Of a DNA stretch of 64,000 nucleotides, positions 14,201 to 25,485 are shown piece by piece. Within the stretch, counting starts at the first letter, position 1. Each line of letters begins with the position of its first letter. The notes beneath the pieces are model-generated. The model worked only from the letters and a program-made list of their open reading frames with translations. It was not told where the DNA came from and made no database searches. The translations under genes and the position numbers were made by a program. Source of the DNA: Ascidiella aspersa (Eukaryota); the NCBI GenBank assembly GCA_963924565.1, contig OZ004612.1, forward strand, positions 30,752,001 through 30,816,000, written 5' to 3'.

Positions 14201-14698
14201 CTTACTAAGCATTATCAGGCTGAGAAGTTTTTGTTTAAAGGTTTGAATATAGATTAATAAGAACTAAACCAGTTGCAAAACAGTCTGCATTAATCCCCAG
14301 TCATAGCCTAATAACATTTCGTTTTGTTGCTGCAATAAGTGTTTAAAATTTTACAACGAAAATAAACTTTTAGAGTTTGTTATTTGACCCAGAACTTTCA
14401 ATCTTTGTAAAATTTACCAGAAACTTATGTTTTTACCAAAAATGCACGTTTTTAATTTATTTATCCTTAAAACAGATAAGTTATTTGTCACCAAAAACGC
14501 GCCTTTGTTTAGAAATAAAGCTTTAACTTTTTTTGCAAATACCAAACAAACCACTATTTATTTGCTCCCCCCCCCCTCCCCCCAAACAACAAAAAAAATT
14601 AATTTTTTATCAAAATTTTTGATTTTCAAACCCATAAGCGACGGGCCTTTACCCCTAAACCCCATACCCCGCCCTAAACCCGATTAACCCCGTGTGTA

Positions 14699-17600
14699 TC
14701 AGTGGTGTCGGCGCACATGCCTGGGTTTCTGCTTCGGCTTTGGCCACTTGGGCCTCACCACCCTTCCCATGAAAAGCACAGCTCCAGTCGGTTCGTGACG
14801 GATAAAGAACATGAATGGCCTGTCTATGCGGACATCGGTGGGGATAATCCGGGCAGACACCCCCAAAGCAGTGGCAGCGACCGCTTTTACCCCCTTTTCA
14901 TCAACCTCAATAACCGCTTTATGTGCCGCGTCGCTAACATACAGTCCTTCCATGTCTGTAAGCCCGGATAGGTCCGCGTGGTTTTGTGAAAAGATGTCGT
15001 TTACTCCAAGGCGCTTTAGTGATGTTTTCAAGTCTTCTAGCCCGTGTTCAACTTTGAACTTTGGCATTTCAACCCTGCATGGCCCCATGTCACGGCCGTT
15101 ATAAACCAATAGACGGTCGAGTTGTTCTCGGATGATGTCTTTCGATTGCGGATTAGTCAGGTGCGTGAAGTTGCCAGCTATGTGCGGCATAACGACCACA
15201 AAGTTCAACTCATGACCTGCAGGAGTATAGGATATTGTTAGCCGTGCTGGTTCGTACCGCTTTGAATGACGTCGTTTTATATGACTTAACCCAGCGTTTC
15301 TCAACCGTGGCCCTCGGAACCCCAAGGGGCCACGGAGCAGTTTTCAGAATATAGCAACAAAGGTTTGAATTTAAACAATAAAAAAACAGTGGTGGAAATA
15401 AATAGAAATTTCAAAGATTTCAAAGATCCACAGGAAAATACCCGCTTCTGCCACGGAGCAGCCACAAGCATATCTCAGTTTACTAATTAGCGTGTTAAAG
15501 TATTGTTTGTTTGTTTTTTGCTATGGCTTTAGAGACCTGTCTTGATATGTTATTTAAAAGTGTTTTTCGAATTACCAAGGTGGACACATAGTGTTTAGTG
15601 CTTATGGAAGGGGCCACGACTTTTTCAAGGTTGAAAACCACTGACCTTACCATACGTCCCGATTAAGGCGGGACAGTCCCCATTATTAGGGCTTTGTCCC
15701 GGCTTCACAAATAATTCCTAAAATATTCCGCTTTTTAGTCAGACAATATTTTCTAACCCGCACAGATGTTTTTGGTACAATAAGCATGAGTTTGTTGACT
15801 TAAATGCCGGTTTTTATACAATTGATTAGCGTTTAAACTTTAAAGTTACTTAAACCAAAGTGGAGGAAACAAAAACGTCATATTTAATTAATTTAAAGTT
15901 TCTCTCTTTGGTAATTTTCGGGCCTTTTCTATGTGTCCACAGCCTAGCAATGCGTCTTTTTACTTTTTACCTTTCTACAAACGCTAGTTTTTTATTATAG
16001 CACCCCAAACGTAAGCTACGATTCCGCCTGTGTATGTATTGTATACAAAGTTGTTGTTGGGTTGTTACCCATGTAACACGGAACGGAAGTTTTTGGACGC
16101 CATCTTGTTTTGCTTTTAATGTTTTGATTTTGTAGTAACCAAAAATGAGTTAAAAGTTTTACTCACAATTTCCAAAACAGCTAACGACTGTATAATGCGG
16201 GGTAGCTTACAGGCACAAATTTTGTGGCATTATCGAATTTATGACGTCATTGGGTTATTGACGTCATCCATTTTTTCATTGACGTCATTGCATTATTCAC
16301 TGATCTGCATGATGCTTGGGTATATATACACGGATCTGAAATGTAGCTTGATAATGAATTGCAAAGCCAAAAAGGTCGAGTAGATCAACATCGTCTTGAT
16401 TATTAAGACGTTTCGATACGAACTTGTATCTTCATCGGTTAATACTTTACGCTTTTTATTAAACAACTAAATTTAAAATGCAAATTTAAGCTTAAAGTTT
16501 TGCCCAACCATGCACCAGACATTTGACTGTGTACAATCACACTAGAGTTTTCTGTACAGCTGCAAGTTGAAATACAGGAAGCACTTTAGCGCCAAGTGCC
16601 CCGTAGTGCATCGGCAAGTGCCCGCTCCGGCTGCTTTCTTGGCTTAATTGTGTTAAACTGACATGTTGTTGTTTTTGGCGCCCCATTGAAATGATCGATT
16701 GCAATCGCGGTATTGTTCTTATAATCCCAACTTGTCAGGCTTGGGCGATTTTTAAAGCACTTTGCGGCTGAAATGTTCAGGTTTTTTAGAATTGTAACTT
16801 TATGCGTTTGAATGGCTCATGTGGAATTAGTGTAGCACGCATTTTTAACCTTGCACTTGTTCGGACAATGTGTTTGTTTTTCACATTTGAACCAAAACAA
16901 ATCTGTTATCAAGCTTAATTTCTGCATTATGTCGTCACAGTTAACGCTGTGTCGTCACAGTTGTGCGTTTTATTCAAAACAACTGGATTGACAAATGTGC
17001 AAAGGCGTTTATTAGGTTACTTTGAAATAATAATAACGCGAGTTTTTTCGGTGCATTTCAACTTTCCTCGGGAAACCCCGACTCGCGTCACTTGTTACGT
17101 CACAAAGCGCAACAATATGCTGTTATCAAGCGTCATAATGGAAAGCACCCAAATGCTTCGGAAACGCAAATGGTGATTTATCGCAAAAGGGCCACATTGA
17201 GAACCATCTCACCTTTTGTTTTCAAATAAACTCGCCAAACTACTACATGTCATGAAATGTTTGGTTTGTCACTACAAAATTCTTTAAATTATTAAAAAAG
17301 TATTTGAATTTATTTGCATTTAAATAGAAAAACTTTTGCATTTAAATAGATTTACCTTAAAAACTATATTCAAAACACGTCAAGTGATCCAATTTAGAGT
17401 TTTTTTGAAACCCAATAAATGTTTTCTGAAAATTCTTTATATGCCTATTTTTTTTATAAATACCCTGGTTTGCTCGTGATTAACACGTGTTACAATAAAA
17501 TGCTTTAAACTGACCTAACCTTAAATCTCATTTATCCAAGTCTTAAAGAGGAAATGAGCTAGTGTTTGTGGGTCCACGAAGGCCTTTTTGAAATATTTGT

Positions 17601-20600
17601 GTAGGTAAAAAAAACGTTTTAGCACCGATATATTTAGACTCCATTTCAGTTTCACATTTTTTGGACTGAAAACAACAGGTTTCCGAGGTCTGCTTGTTTT
17701 ATGACGTAAATTTATGACGTCAGCTTTAAAATTTTATGCCCAACCATCGTCTACGCCAGGGTTCCCAACCTGCGGTACGCGAAGGTTTTTTGGAAGGTAC
17801 GCGGTAGCTTTTGTTTTTCACACAAAACTAGATTCGGAGCTTAATATTTTGTTTATCTGGTTTCGTTTATTCCCCCGAGCCCATTCTTAGTACGTAACTA
17901 TGGCTGTTGTTTCGTAACATTACGATGTTCAAAACACAGGCCATGTCAATTGTCGACAAGGAGCACAGTTGCTTTGTAAAGTGTACAACGCTGTGGGACA
18001 GTGGGCGTTATTTATGTCAAATGCTTGCTCTTGATAGATATCACGCTGTAGTGTTAATTTAGTAGGCCAATATTATTATTCTGAATAAAATATGATTCAA
18101 TCAAATTAATTGTTCTGCGAGAAATGGTACGTGTCGCAGTACAGAGCGTCCAAGTGGTACGAGATCGTAAAAAGGTTGGGAACCCTTGGTCTACACAAAC
18201 CAAAACTTTTTTTAGAGGGTCCGTGTTGAAAAAGATTAAACATTTTTTTATGGGATTTTTAATGCTTAAGTGTGCCGCGAGACATTTGGCAATTTGTTTG
18301 CTGTTATTGGTAAGCTTTTTGATACAACTCTTTGTGTAGGATTAGAATACAATAATATATAAACATATATTTTCCTATACATTGTGTGTAAGGTTAATGT
18401 GTATTGCTATAATTTCGTTTATTGTGACATAACAGTAAAGCACTTAGCGAAAATTTTAGTAGGGGTGCACCAATATATTTATTTTCTGGGGGTGCGGTAA
18501 GGAGTAAAAGGTTGGGAACCACTGTACTACAGACACTCTTGTCTACCGTGCAGCTGACTGGAAGGTCATTTGGACCCATCGCTGCTACGGCCGTATCGCG
18601 CATCAATTTGTTTCTTCTTATATTTTGTGTATTTTAATTTCAGCGCCAACTGAAAATAAACATTACTTACTTACTTATGTTTGTGTGGTACTTACCAACA
18701 AATGGCAGCACGACAATTTCAGCCTTCAGTCGGTACATATGAACCGAATGACATTTTGCGTCGTATGACGTCATAATGGGTACTGTGACGTGCTCGTGAG
18801 GCGACACTTTGAACTTGCCCTTGAGGTTTGTGGAGGTGAATGAGTTCATCCAAGATGCCTGTGGAAAAACAACTCTTAACTCACTTAAGTACGTTTAACT
18901 CACTTAAGTGCGAGGACGTTAAACTTAAATTCGTTTAACTTGTGTTGTTAAATGTTTTTAGCTTTTTTTGAGCGAGTGCGTTTAGCTACTCACAGTGCGA
19001 GTGCGTTTAGCTCACCTTAAGTGCTTAAGTGCATTAACTCGCTGAATTGATATGAACCCACCTTAAGTGCAAGTGCGTTTATGAGGTAGATCTTGGTGTT
19101 GTGAGTGACTGAGTTGTGAGACACAAGATCGTGTATTTCATCGTCAGTTTGCTTCGAAGCGAACCTGTTCATCTTTCGACGAGCTCGCTGCGGGAAAGCC
19201 GCGAACATTACCTTCTTCACTGTTGCGTTGTTGTGGCTGGGATGGAATGTTTACAATTATGTCGATCTATTTACATCCAATGGTTTAAAAGCGCTGGTTA
19301 AACATATTGCGTCATATTGTTGTAGGGTCATACCATCCTTTGTTGTAATTACCGGTTGGTGTCGGCCTTTATTAACTGACACAAAGGCACTTAGACAGAC
19401 GATCGAATACACGTACCAACACCCGTAAAAATTCACGGACACACGGACACAAACATAGACACATGAACAAACATACGGACACACGAACAAACGTACATAC
19501 ACGCATAGAAACACGGATAGACAGACGTACAAACGGAAACACGGGCACACGAATAGAACAGACAAAAACATGGACACACATAGACACACGTACAAACAAA
19601 CGGACACACATAGACACGCGTACAGACACACGAACAGACTCACCCTATCACACGAAAAACACGTACAGACACTCGGACCCACGGGCACACGAACAGACAA
19701 ACAACAAACGAGCACACATAAACACACGGACAGACAAACAGACAAACGTACAGACACACTTAAAGACACACGAACAGACAAACAACAAACGAGCACACAT
19801 AAACACACAGAGAGACAAACAGAAACACAGACAAATTGACACGCGTAACAGACAGCCAAGTACAATTTAAGCATCAACACAGCTGTTGTAAGACTTTTAC
19901 CTCTTTAGTGTTTTCTTAAAGGACTTAAGAATCCTGACTCCCATGTCGGCGAATATCCTGTTTGCCCTCCTAAGGGTGAGGTTGCCCCCTGGGGCGAACA
20001 CCTGGTTGCAAAGTTCGGCCTCCGCATCTGAGGGTTGGGGAATCCCCTCGAGACGAAGCGCGGCCAAAACCTGCCGCTGGGAGTCGCCACCGAGCCCTGG
20101 TGGTTAAAAATGTTTTTGTGAGAAATTATTGCACAAATATTTTGGGACAGTTTTCTGTTTCCACTTTTCTTTTTTAGCTGAAGGTTACCAGTTTTCAGCG
20201 ATGAGCGTATTGGATGTTTTTTTTGATGGTTCAAAATTTATAAACTGACGTTACCTTTCCTGGCGAAATATATATATCTATTTTATTTTTTTAAGATTCT
20301 TTTATTAGTTTCTGACCTGAATTGCTAGCTTTGCTAGAATATTTTGCTGTTACTGATCAGGAATTAAGGTCTACATTTATCTTGCAAGGGTCAATGTGAT
20401 TTCCAATAATACTTATTCAGTGCAACATTCAAGAAATCATGCACAAATTTTTTGGATAGTTTTCTGTTTTTACTGTTAACAGTTTTTAAAACAGTTGTCA
20501 GCGATGAACGTTCTGGGTGCCATATTTCCTTTGGGTAAAATATGCCACTTTTTGCAAAAAAAGATCAAAACTTAATAAAAGAAGCAATGACTTTAAACTA

Positions 20601-22101
20601 CTATAGTTACTTTAACTTTAACATTCAACCAACGTAGATTGCCTTTGTGGTTCTTGTATTGCACAAAGCAGCAAAGTTTTTACAAAACAGTGGTTTTACG
20701 TTGTTTATGAATGCTTATTTAAAAGGTGTACGATCAAGGACTGTGTTATGTTAAAGAATTCGCTAGCATAATGTTAGTGAAGTACCAAGCCGCCCTTTGT
20801 AGATGCATTGTGTACTTTAGCGTTTTACTAATTCAATAGCTACTTTGACTGGAGCTCTTTTTCAATCACGCTAGTTTAACAATTTAACTGACGTTGATAC
20901 AAGTGCGTATCGGAACTTCTTTATTAAGATGATGTCGATCTACTCAAACTTTTTGGCTTTGTTATTTATTTTTAAACTATGTTTCAGGTCCGTGTTGAGC
21001 CCAACAAAATTAGTTTTGTTGGCAAAAAAACGAAGTTCGACATTATTGTTACTTTAGGACGGTCCCGGTATGACCGAGGTCGTGAGTTCGAACCTCACTA
21101 CAGGCTAGTTTTACAAATAGAATGCAGCAGGCAACGGTGCTGTGGTTGTTTCTCGACTCGCTCCCCTCTGAGCCTGTGTAGCTCAGTTGGTAGAGCGACG
21201 GTCCCGGTATGACCGAGGTCGTGGGTTCCAACCTCACGGCAGACTAGTTTTGTATATTTTTTTCGATGTTTGTTATAAAAGTTGAATGTATAGTCTTAAA
21301 AATGGAAATCAAGTGACACTGTTTAGCTACAAATTGTATTACAATGTTAAAAATATTTTCGCTTTATCATTAAAGATGTTCAAAAGTATTTTTTGTAAAT
21401 AATTCACCTGGGACGATTAGGGAAAGCACCGAAAATATCGAGATTGGCGAAAAGACGAAGTTTTTGTCTTGGGAAAGCCCCTTCTCTATTTCGTGGTTCA
21501 AGTGAAATGAAAATTCGTGCAAGGATCTGGCCACGCGATTCGAGAAGGCGCTAGAGGGCTGGTAGAGGACTCCGTTAGCTGAAATAATAAAAGATAAATC
21601 ATAAAAATTACACTTTTATAAGCGGCTGTTTCAGTAAACCAATCTTTAGTTTAATAATTAGTTATTTTTCTTAATTGTAATAAAAATGCAACTTTGTTAA
21701 ATATGGAAAACAAATCATGGAGCATAATGGTTGGAAGTTGTAGTAAGACTTATAAGAATATCAAAGCCCTTCTGTATGGGCTTTGAAAAGAATTAGTTAC
21801 ACTAAAACTTCATTTTTGGAGTAAAAAAGCCTTTTTGATTAAGTACCAATTTTATTATAAAAAATAAAAAAAAATTAAGTTACACTTTTTTCTTCTTTTT
21901 TTTATATATTCTCTTTCGGTAAAGCCATCTTTAGTTAAAAAATGTTTTTTTTCTTAAAATCGAAATCAGCCGCGAAACAAACTTATATTCGTTTCGGGTC
22001 CAAGTTTTTGAAGCATCGCTAGAAAATATACACAGTTTAAACTTACCTTGAAACACGAAGATTATTCCAAGCAGAAAGCCTAAATATAATGGATTCATCA
22101 T
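14699..22101 (-). CDS. Secreted serpin (serpin A), ~425 aa, 6 coding exons, predicted inhibitory with P1 Arg
   Basis: Exons (minus): 22101-22047, 21578-21408, 20096-19901, 19236-19062, 18858-18696, 15216-14699. All introns GT-AG, phases consistent, total 1278 nt. Signal-like MMNPLYLGFLLGIIFVFQA. Serpin motifs NFVFSPISI, LRRANRIF, IYLINALALKASW, MPKFKVE, hinge/RCL EKGVKAVAATALGVSAR-IIP, IDRPFMFFIRHEPTGAVLFMGRV. Confidence 0.93.
15292..15643. mobile_element. hAT-type MITE in the last intron of serpin A
   Basis: Ends CAGCGTTTCTCAACC / GGTTGAAAACCACTG. Flanks ACTTAACC and ACCTTACC (6/8). Confidence 0.7.
16401..16444 (-). ncRNA. Minimal type-I hammerhead ribozyme-like motif in a ~110-bp dispersed repeat
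   Basis: Minus strand TATTAA-CCGATGA-A-GATAC-AAGTTC-GTATC-GAAAC-GTC-TTAATA: 6-bp stem I, 5-bp stem II, GAAACGUC core with palindromic ACGU. U4 is C here. Activity untested. Confidence 0.55.
17757..18188. mobile_element. hAT-type MITE
   Basis: TIR CAGGGTTCCCAACCT / AGGTTGGGAACCCTTG. 8-bp flanks GTCTACGC and GTCTACAC (7/8). Confidence 0.85.
19430..19860. repeat. CA/CAGA-rich low-complexity minisatellite in serpin A intron 3
   Basis: Mixed ACAC/ACAG/ACGG units. GCACACGAACAGACAAACAACAAACGAGCACACATAAACACAC is repeated. It accounts for several spurious ORFs. Confidence 0.9.
21058..21112 (+). repeat. 5'-truncated second copy of the tRNA-derived element
   Basis: GACGGTCCCGGTATGACCGAGGTCGTGAGTTCGAACCTCACTACAGGCTAGTTTT is near-identical to the 3' two thirds of 21172-21251. 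Confidence 0.8.
21172..21245 (+). pseudogene. tRNA-derived pseudogene or SINE head (anticodon-position GGT), inside serpin A intron 2
   Basis: A-box TAGCTCAGTTGGTAGAGC, stem CGGTC/GACCG with loop CCGGTAT, T-arm GTGGG-TTCCAAC-CTCAC, followed by a TTTT run. The acceptor stem has mismatches, and position 33 is C rather than U. Confidence 0.7.
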
Positions 22102-23935
22102 GTTTATACTGCTATATTAATCTGGAAAAGACGTTGTAAATATAAACTGAAGATATGTTTAATTTAAACACAGAGAAGCATCATCGCATTTATTTAAAAC
22201 TTGCAAGTAACTTGAAAACATCGGAGCATATGAACTGGATGTTGTAGTTAGACGTAGAATAAATATCAAAGCTCATACAGAAGTAGGAAGCATTTTGAAC
22301 GTTTCGAATAACTCTGAGGATAATGGCTGAAGGTTATGACATCATCTCTGATTCTGTTTTAATAAGCTTTTTGGCAGGACTGATGATGCCATTTTTGGCG
22401 TAACTGCAGTATTCTGTCTTTTAATTAAATTGTTTAAATTATTTTCAAACCTTTACGGTTCTTTCTTTTTAATCACATATCTGAATTTTAGGCTTTTCGG
22501 TGAGAAAATTGTTCTATTTTTGCCCCTGCTACGTAGTAAAGTTTATAGAACAAATTTATTCTTACGAAAATGTGCTGCTACTTTTTCTTTTTACTCTCTA
22601 AAGGTTTACAATCTGAAAACGTAAATAATCACTTCCCCAGGCACTGAACGTATTTTTAAATCTCGTTTTATGTCCCAGCAAAAGCTTCAAGCCATTTCCT
22701 TTTACCACCGCATGCTCAGTTCTTACTGGAGCGTGTAATTGGCGGTTTCACACGCTGGCTTGGAACTGCTGGAATCTTGAGCATTTACTGCCAACCTCAA
22801 AATACCCAGGCGAGATTGTTATTGGCTGCTTATTGGCTTTAACCCGATCGCAGCAATAAGCCAGTTATTTGTGTCAATCCAGAAATGGAAAAGCGATCGC
22901 AATATGAAATATTTTTTTGCCAAGTGTTTTTGCACAACAGAAAAAAAATGAAGGAGAAAGCTAAATAGGTCGAGTAACTTGACATAATCTTTGGAAGACG
23001 TTTCGATTATAAAAAAACTTTAAAAAATGATGTCGATTTATTAATATCCAACATACATGAATGTTGTACGAAAAACAAACGTTTGTTTGTAAATTCACCT
23101 TCTTTATCATAACTCCATCTATTTTGGGCGAAAAGCTGGACTATATATTCTCTAACGATTTACAACTGGCATTCTTTCTTTATACTTATTGCTTTGTTTA
23201 ATGAAAAGTAAATTTTCTGCTCCAGAATCTCCTGCTTTTCATCAAACTGTTTTCAAAGTCCAACAAATTACTGTCAATAATAATCTGTTTGTAACGCATG
23301 TTATAAAAAACGAGGCAACTTTAAATTACTGGAAACTTAATTAGTATGAATATCAAAGGCAACACAAAAGCAGGCAAGATTTCAAACGTTCAAGAGATAT
23401 CCGGCACGTTCAAAACGGTACCTACCTCTGTATGAATTTTAATACATCTATTGCAAAGCTTAATTAATACACGATCTCGTTCTACTTGTGGCTCCATATA
23501 ACATTTTCACGGTAATTGCGTATTGATTGCATCCACAAAAACAAACCCATGATTGCTTTTTATCGATTTTAGCGCCCTTTCATTATAATGACACAAAACG
23601 TATAATTCAAGTTAAATGCTCTGTTCCAAAATAATCAATCAATAAGTCAATTCTCGATGAAGCTAGCTCAGCGATCCAAAAAATAAGACAAAGTATAACC
23701 GCTAAGCCTTGTCATCTAACTCTATTCACTGAATATTTGTAAGCTTAAGTTGAACAAAACAATAATACGATAACATCATTAAAATGATTCATGTCTTTGT
23801 ATTTGATTCGGAAAATGTCTTATTTAAAAAAAACATTCTCTTAACTTTTGATATGTCCTATATTTGACGTTTTACTACGGCACCAAATGACTTTATCATG
23901 TTAAAATAAAAAAGACAAAAATTGAAACGTTAAAA

Positions 23936-24704
23936 CAGGGGCGTGCAACTGTTTATCGCAGCGGGCTATAATGTATAATTATGATGGTGGTGCGGGCCGG
24001 ACAATCGAACAACAGATATATTTTTTTAAACAAATTTTTTATTGGAAAACTGCGTAGAATCAAGTTACTCATTAAGCGATTAATGAGATGTGTGATATCT
24101 TCTCTCACCAGAGATCTTGTTAGTTTTGGCAGAAGTGCCAACTCGAAGTTCACTTAACAGTTGCTCATCTGTGAGCTGATTCCTGAATTTTGTCTTGAAG
24201 AGGCTTTCCTTTTTCGGCAATTGCTTTCGATAACTTATAGCCCAGTTTTGTAACAAGCTCAACGTCTTTCTTATAACAATGAAATACCTCTTGTTGTTTG
24301 CTCAAAGACTTTTTCAATTGCAGCATTTTATCAACCCGCAATTGACCTACAACGCTATCATAATTAGAGTGTTTTTAACTATAGGGTCCCTTAGAAATTA
24401 TACTCTTTTATTACTGCTATAACGTTTTGACAAAGCAGGCAAACTACATCTTGCTTGAATTTCCACCTTTAATAATCAACCTTTCTATTTGCCAGCAAAA
24501 CAAGGCAGTTTTACTACAATGCACACTATGACGCAATAATGGAGGTTCGGACAGTGTGACGTAATACAAATTGATAAATGCCAATGATTCCGTTACAAAT
24601 AACTTCTTAAACAGTGAAAAATTTAAAAAAAACAATGGGCTACTTGACGTAGTCTGTGCGGGCCACGTAAATAGGTCTCGCGGGCCGTATGTTGCACGCC
24701 TCTG
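23936..24704 (-). mobile_element. Non-autonomous hAT (Buster/Charlie-like) element with transposase C-terminal remnant
   Basis: TIRs CAGGGGCGTGCAAC / GTTGCACGCCTCTG (13/14). Perfect 8-bp TSD CGTTAAAA at 23928-23935 and 24705-24712. Minus-strand peptide ESLFKTKFRNQLTDEQLLSELRVGTS resembles the end of the hAT dimerisation domain. Confidence 0.88.
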
Positions 24705-24954
24705 CGTTAAAAGGTCACTAAATTCAAAATTTAGGACGTACTAAAATCTGTTTAGGAACCATTGAATAGTCACGTGTATATTTTGCGTCCGGGGCCTATC
24801 TTAACCAAAGGTCATACCTATTACCAAACTTCCACTAACAAATACATCAATAAAAAACTTCACTTTCAATGGAGAAGTGATCACAAAACTCAATTTGTGT
24901 CGCGCTCAAAAAAATTAGGAACTTAATGCTCACGTATATATTTTGTAACCGTGC

Positions 24955-25485
24955 TTATCATTACCAAATCCCACTATCCAAACACATCGTTAAAAAACAC
25001 CTCACTACCAATGGAACACAGTTGGGCTTCAAAAAGCAATCGTTCGTCTTTCTATTGAAACTATATTCTAGGAAACAACTCGAGCACTTCGTACGTAGTT
25101 TGGCCAAAGCAAAGGGCTCCTGTTTTTGCTCCAGAAAAACTATGCAATCATTAATACAGCCAGCGACTTCTAAAGTTTTGAGGTTTAACCAGAACTGTTT
25201 TGTTCTTCAAAATGATAATTTTTATAAGTTAAAATTCTTACGTAGAGAGAACAACGGTTACCTATATTTTGCCGCTCGATATGTAAGACCAACCGTATAT
25301 AGCCACGTATATATTTGGTAACCGGGGCCTAGCTTAACCTAACCACACTCACAAAATCCACCAATATCAAAAACCTCACTATCAATGGAACACAGTTCGG
25401 CTTCAAAAAGCAATCTTTCGACCTTCTATTGAAACTATTCATTCTAGGAAACAACTCGAGCAGCTTCGTGCGTAGTTTGGCCTCA
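24955..25485. repeat. Two-copy degenerate direct repeat, period ~365 bp
   Basis: CCTCACTA(C/T)CAATGGAACACAGTT(G/C)GGCTTCAAAAAGCAATC...ATTCTAGGAAACAACTCGAGCA...GTAGTTTGGCC at ~25000-25105 and ~25374-25482. Confidence 0.85.

Noticed and set aside
1-14600. Additional alternative serpin RCL exons or another gene downstream of serpin A
   Set aside because: No E-x-G-x-x-A or RPF-type motifs or splice-supported coding exons found by eye. Small exons cannot be excluded.
19257-19880. Several long V/C/S- or T/H/R-rich ORFs
   Set aside because: Translations of the CA-rich minisatellite inside a serpin intron.
19905-20234. 109-aa ORF in the track
   Set aside because: Wrong frame. The serpin exon 20096-19901 is read in another frame (LGGDSQRQVLAAL...ANRIF).
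21058-21245. Circularly permuted tRNA gene
   Set aside because: A TTTT Pol III terminator follows the first half, the anticodon arm is duplicated, and tandem duplication with decay is simpler.
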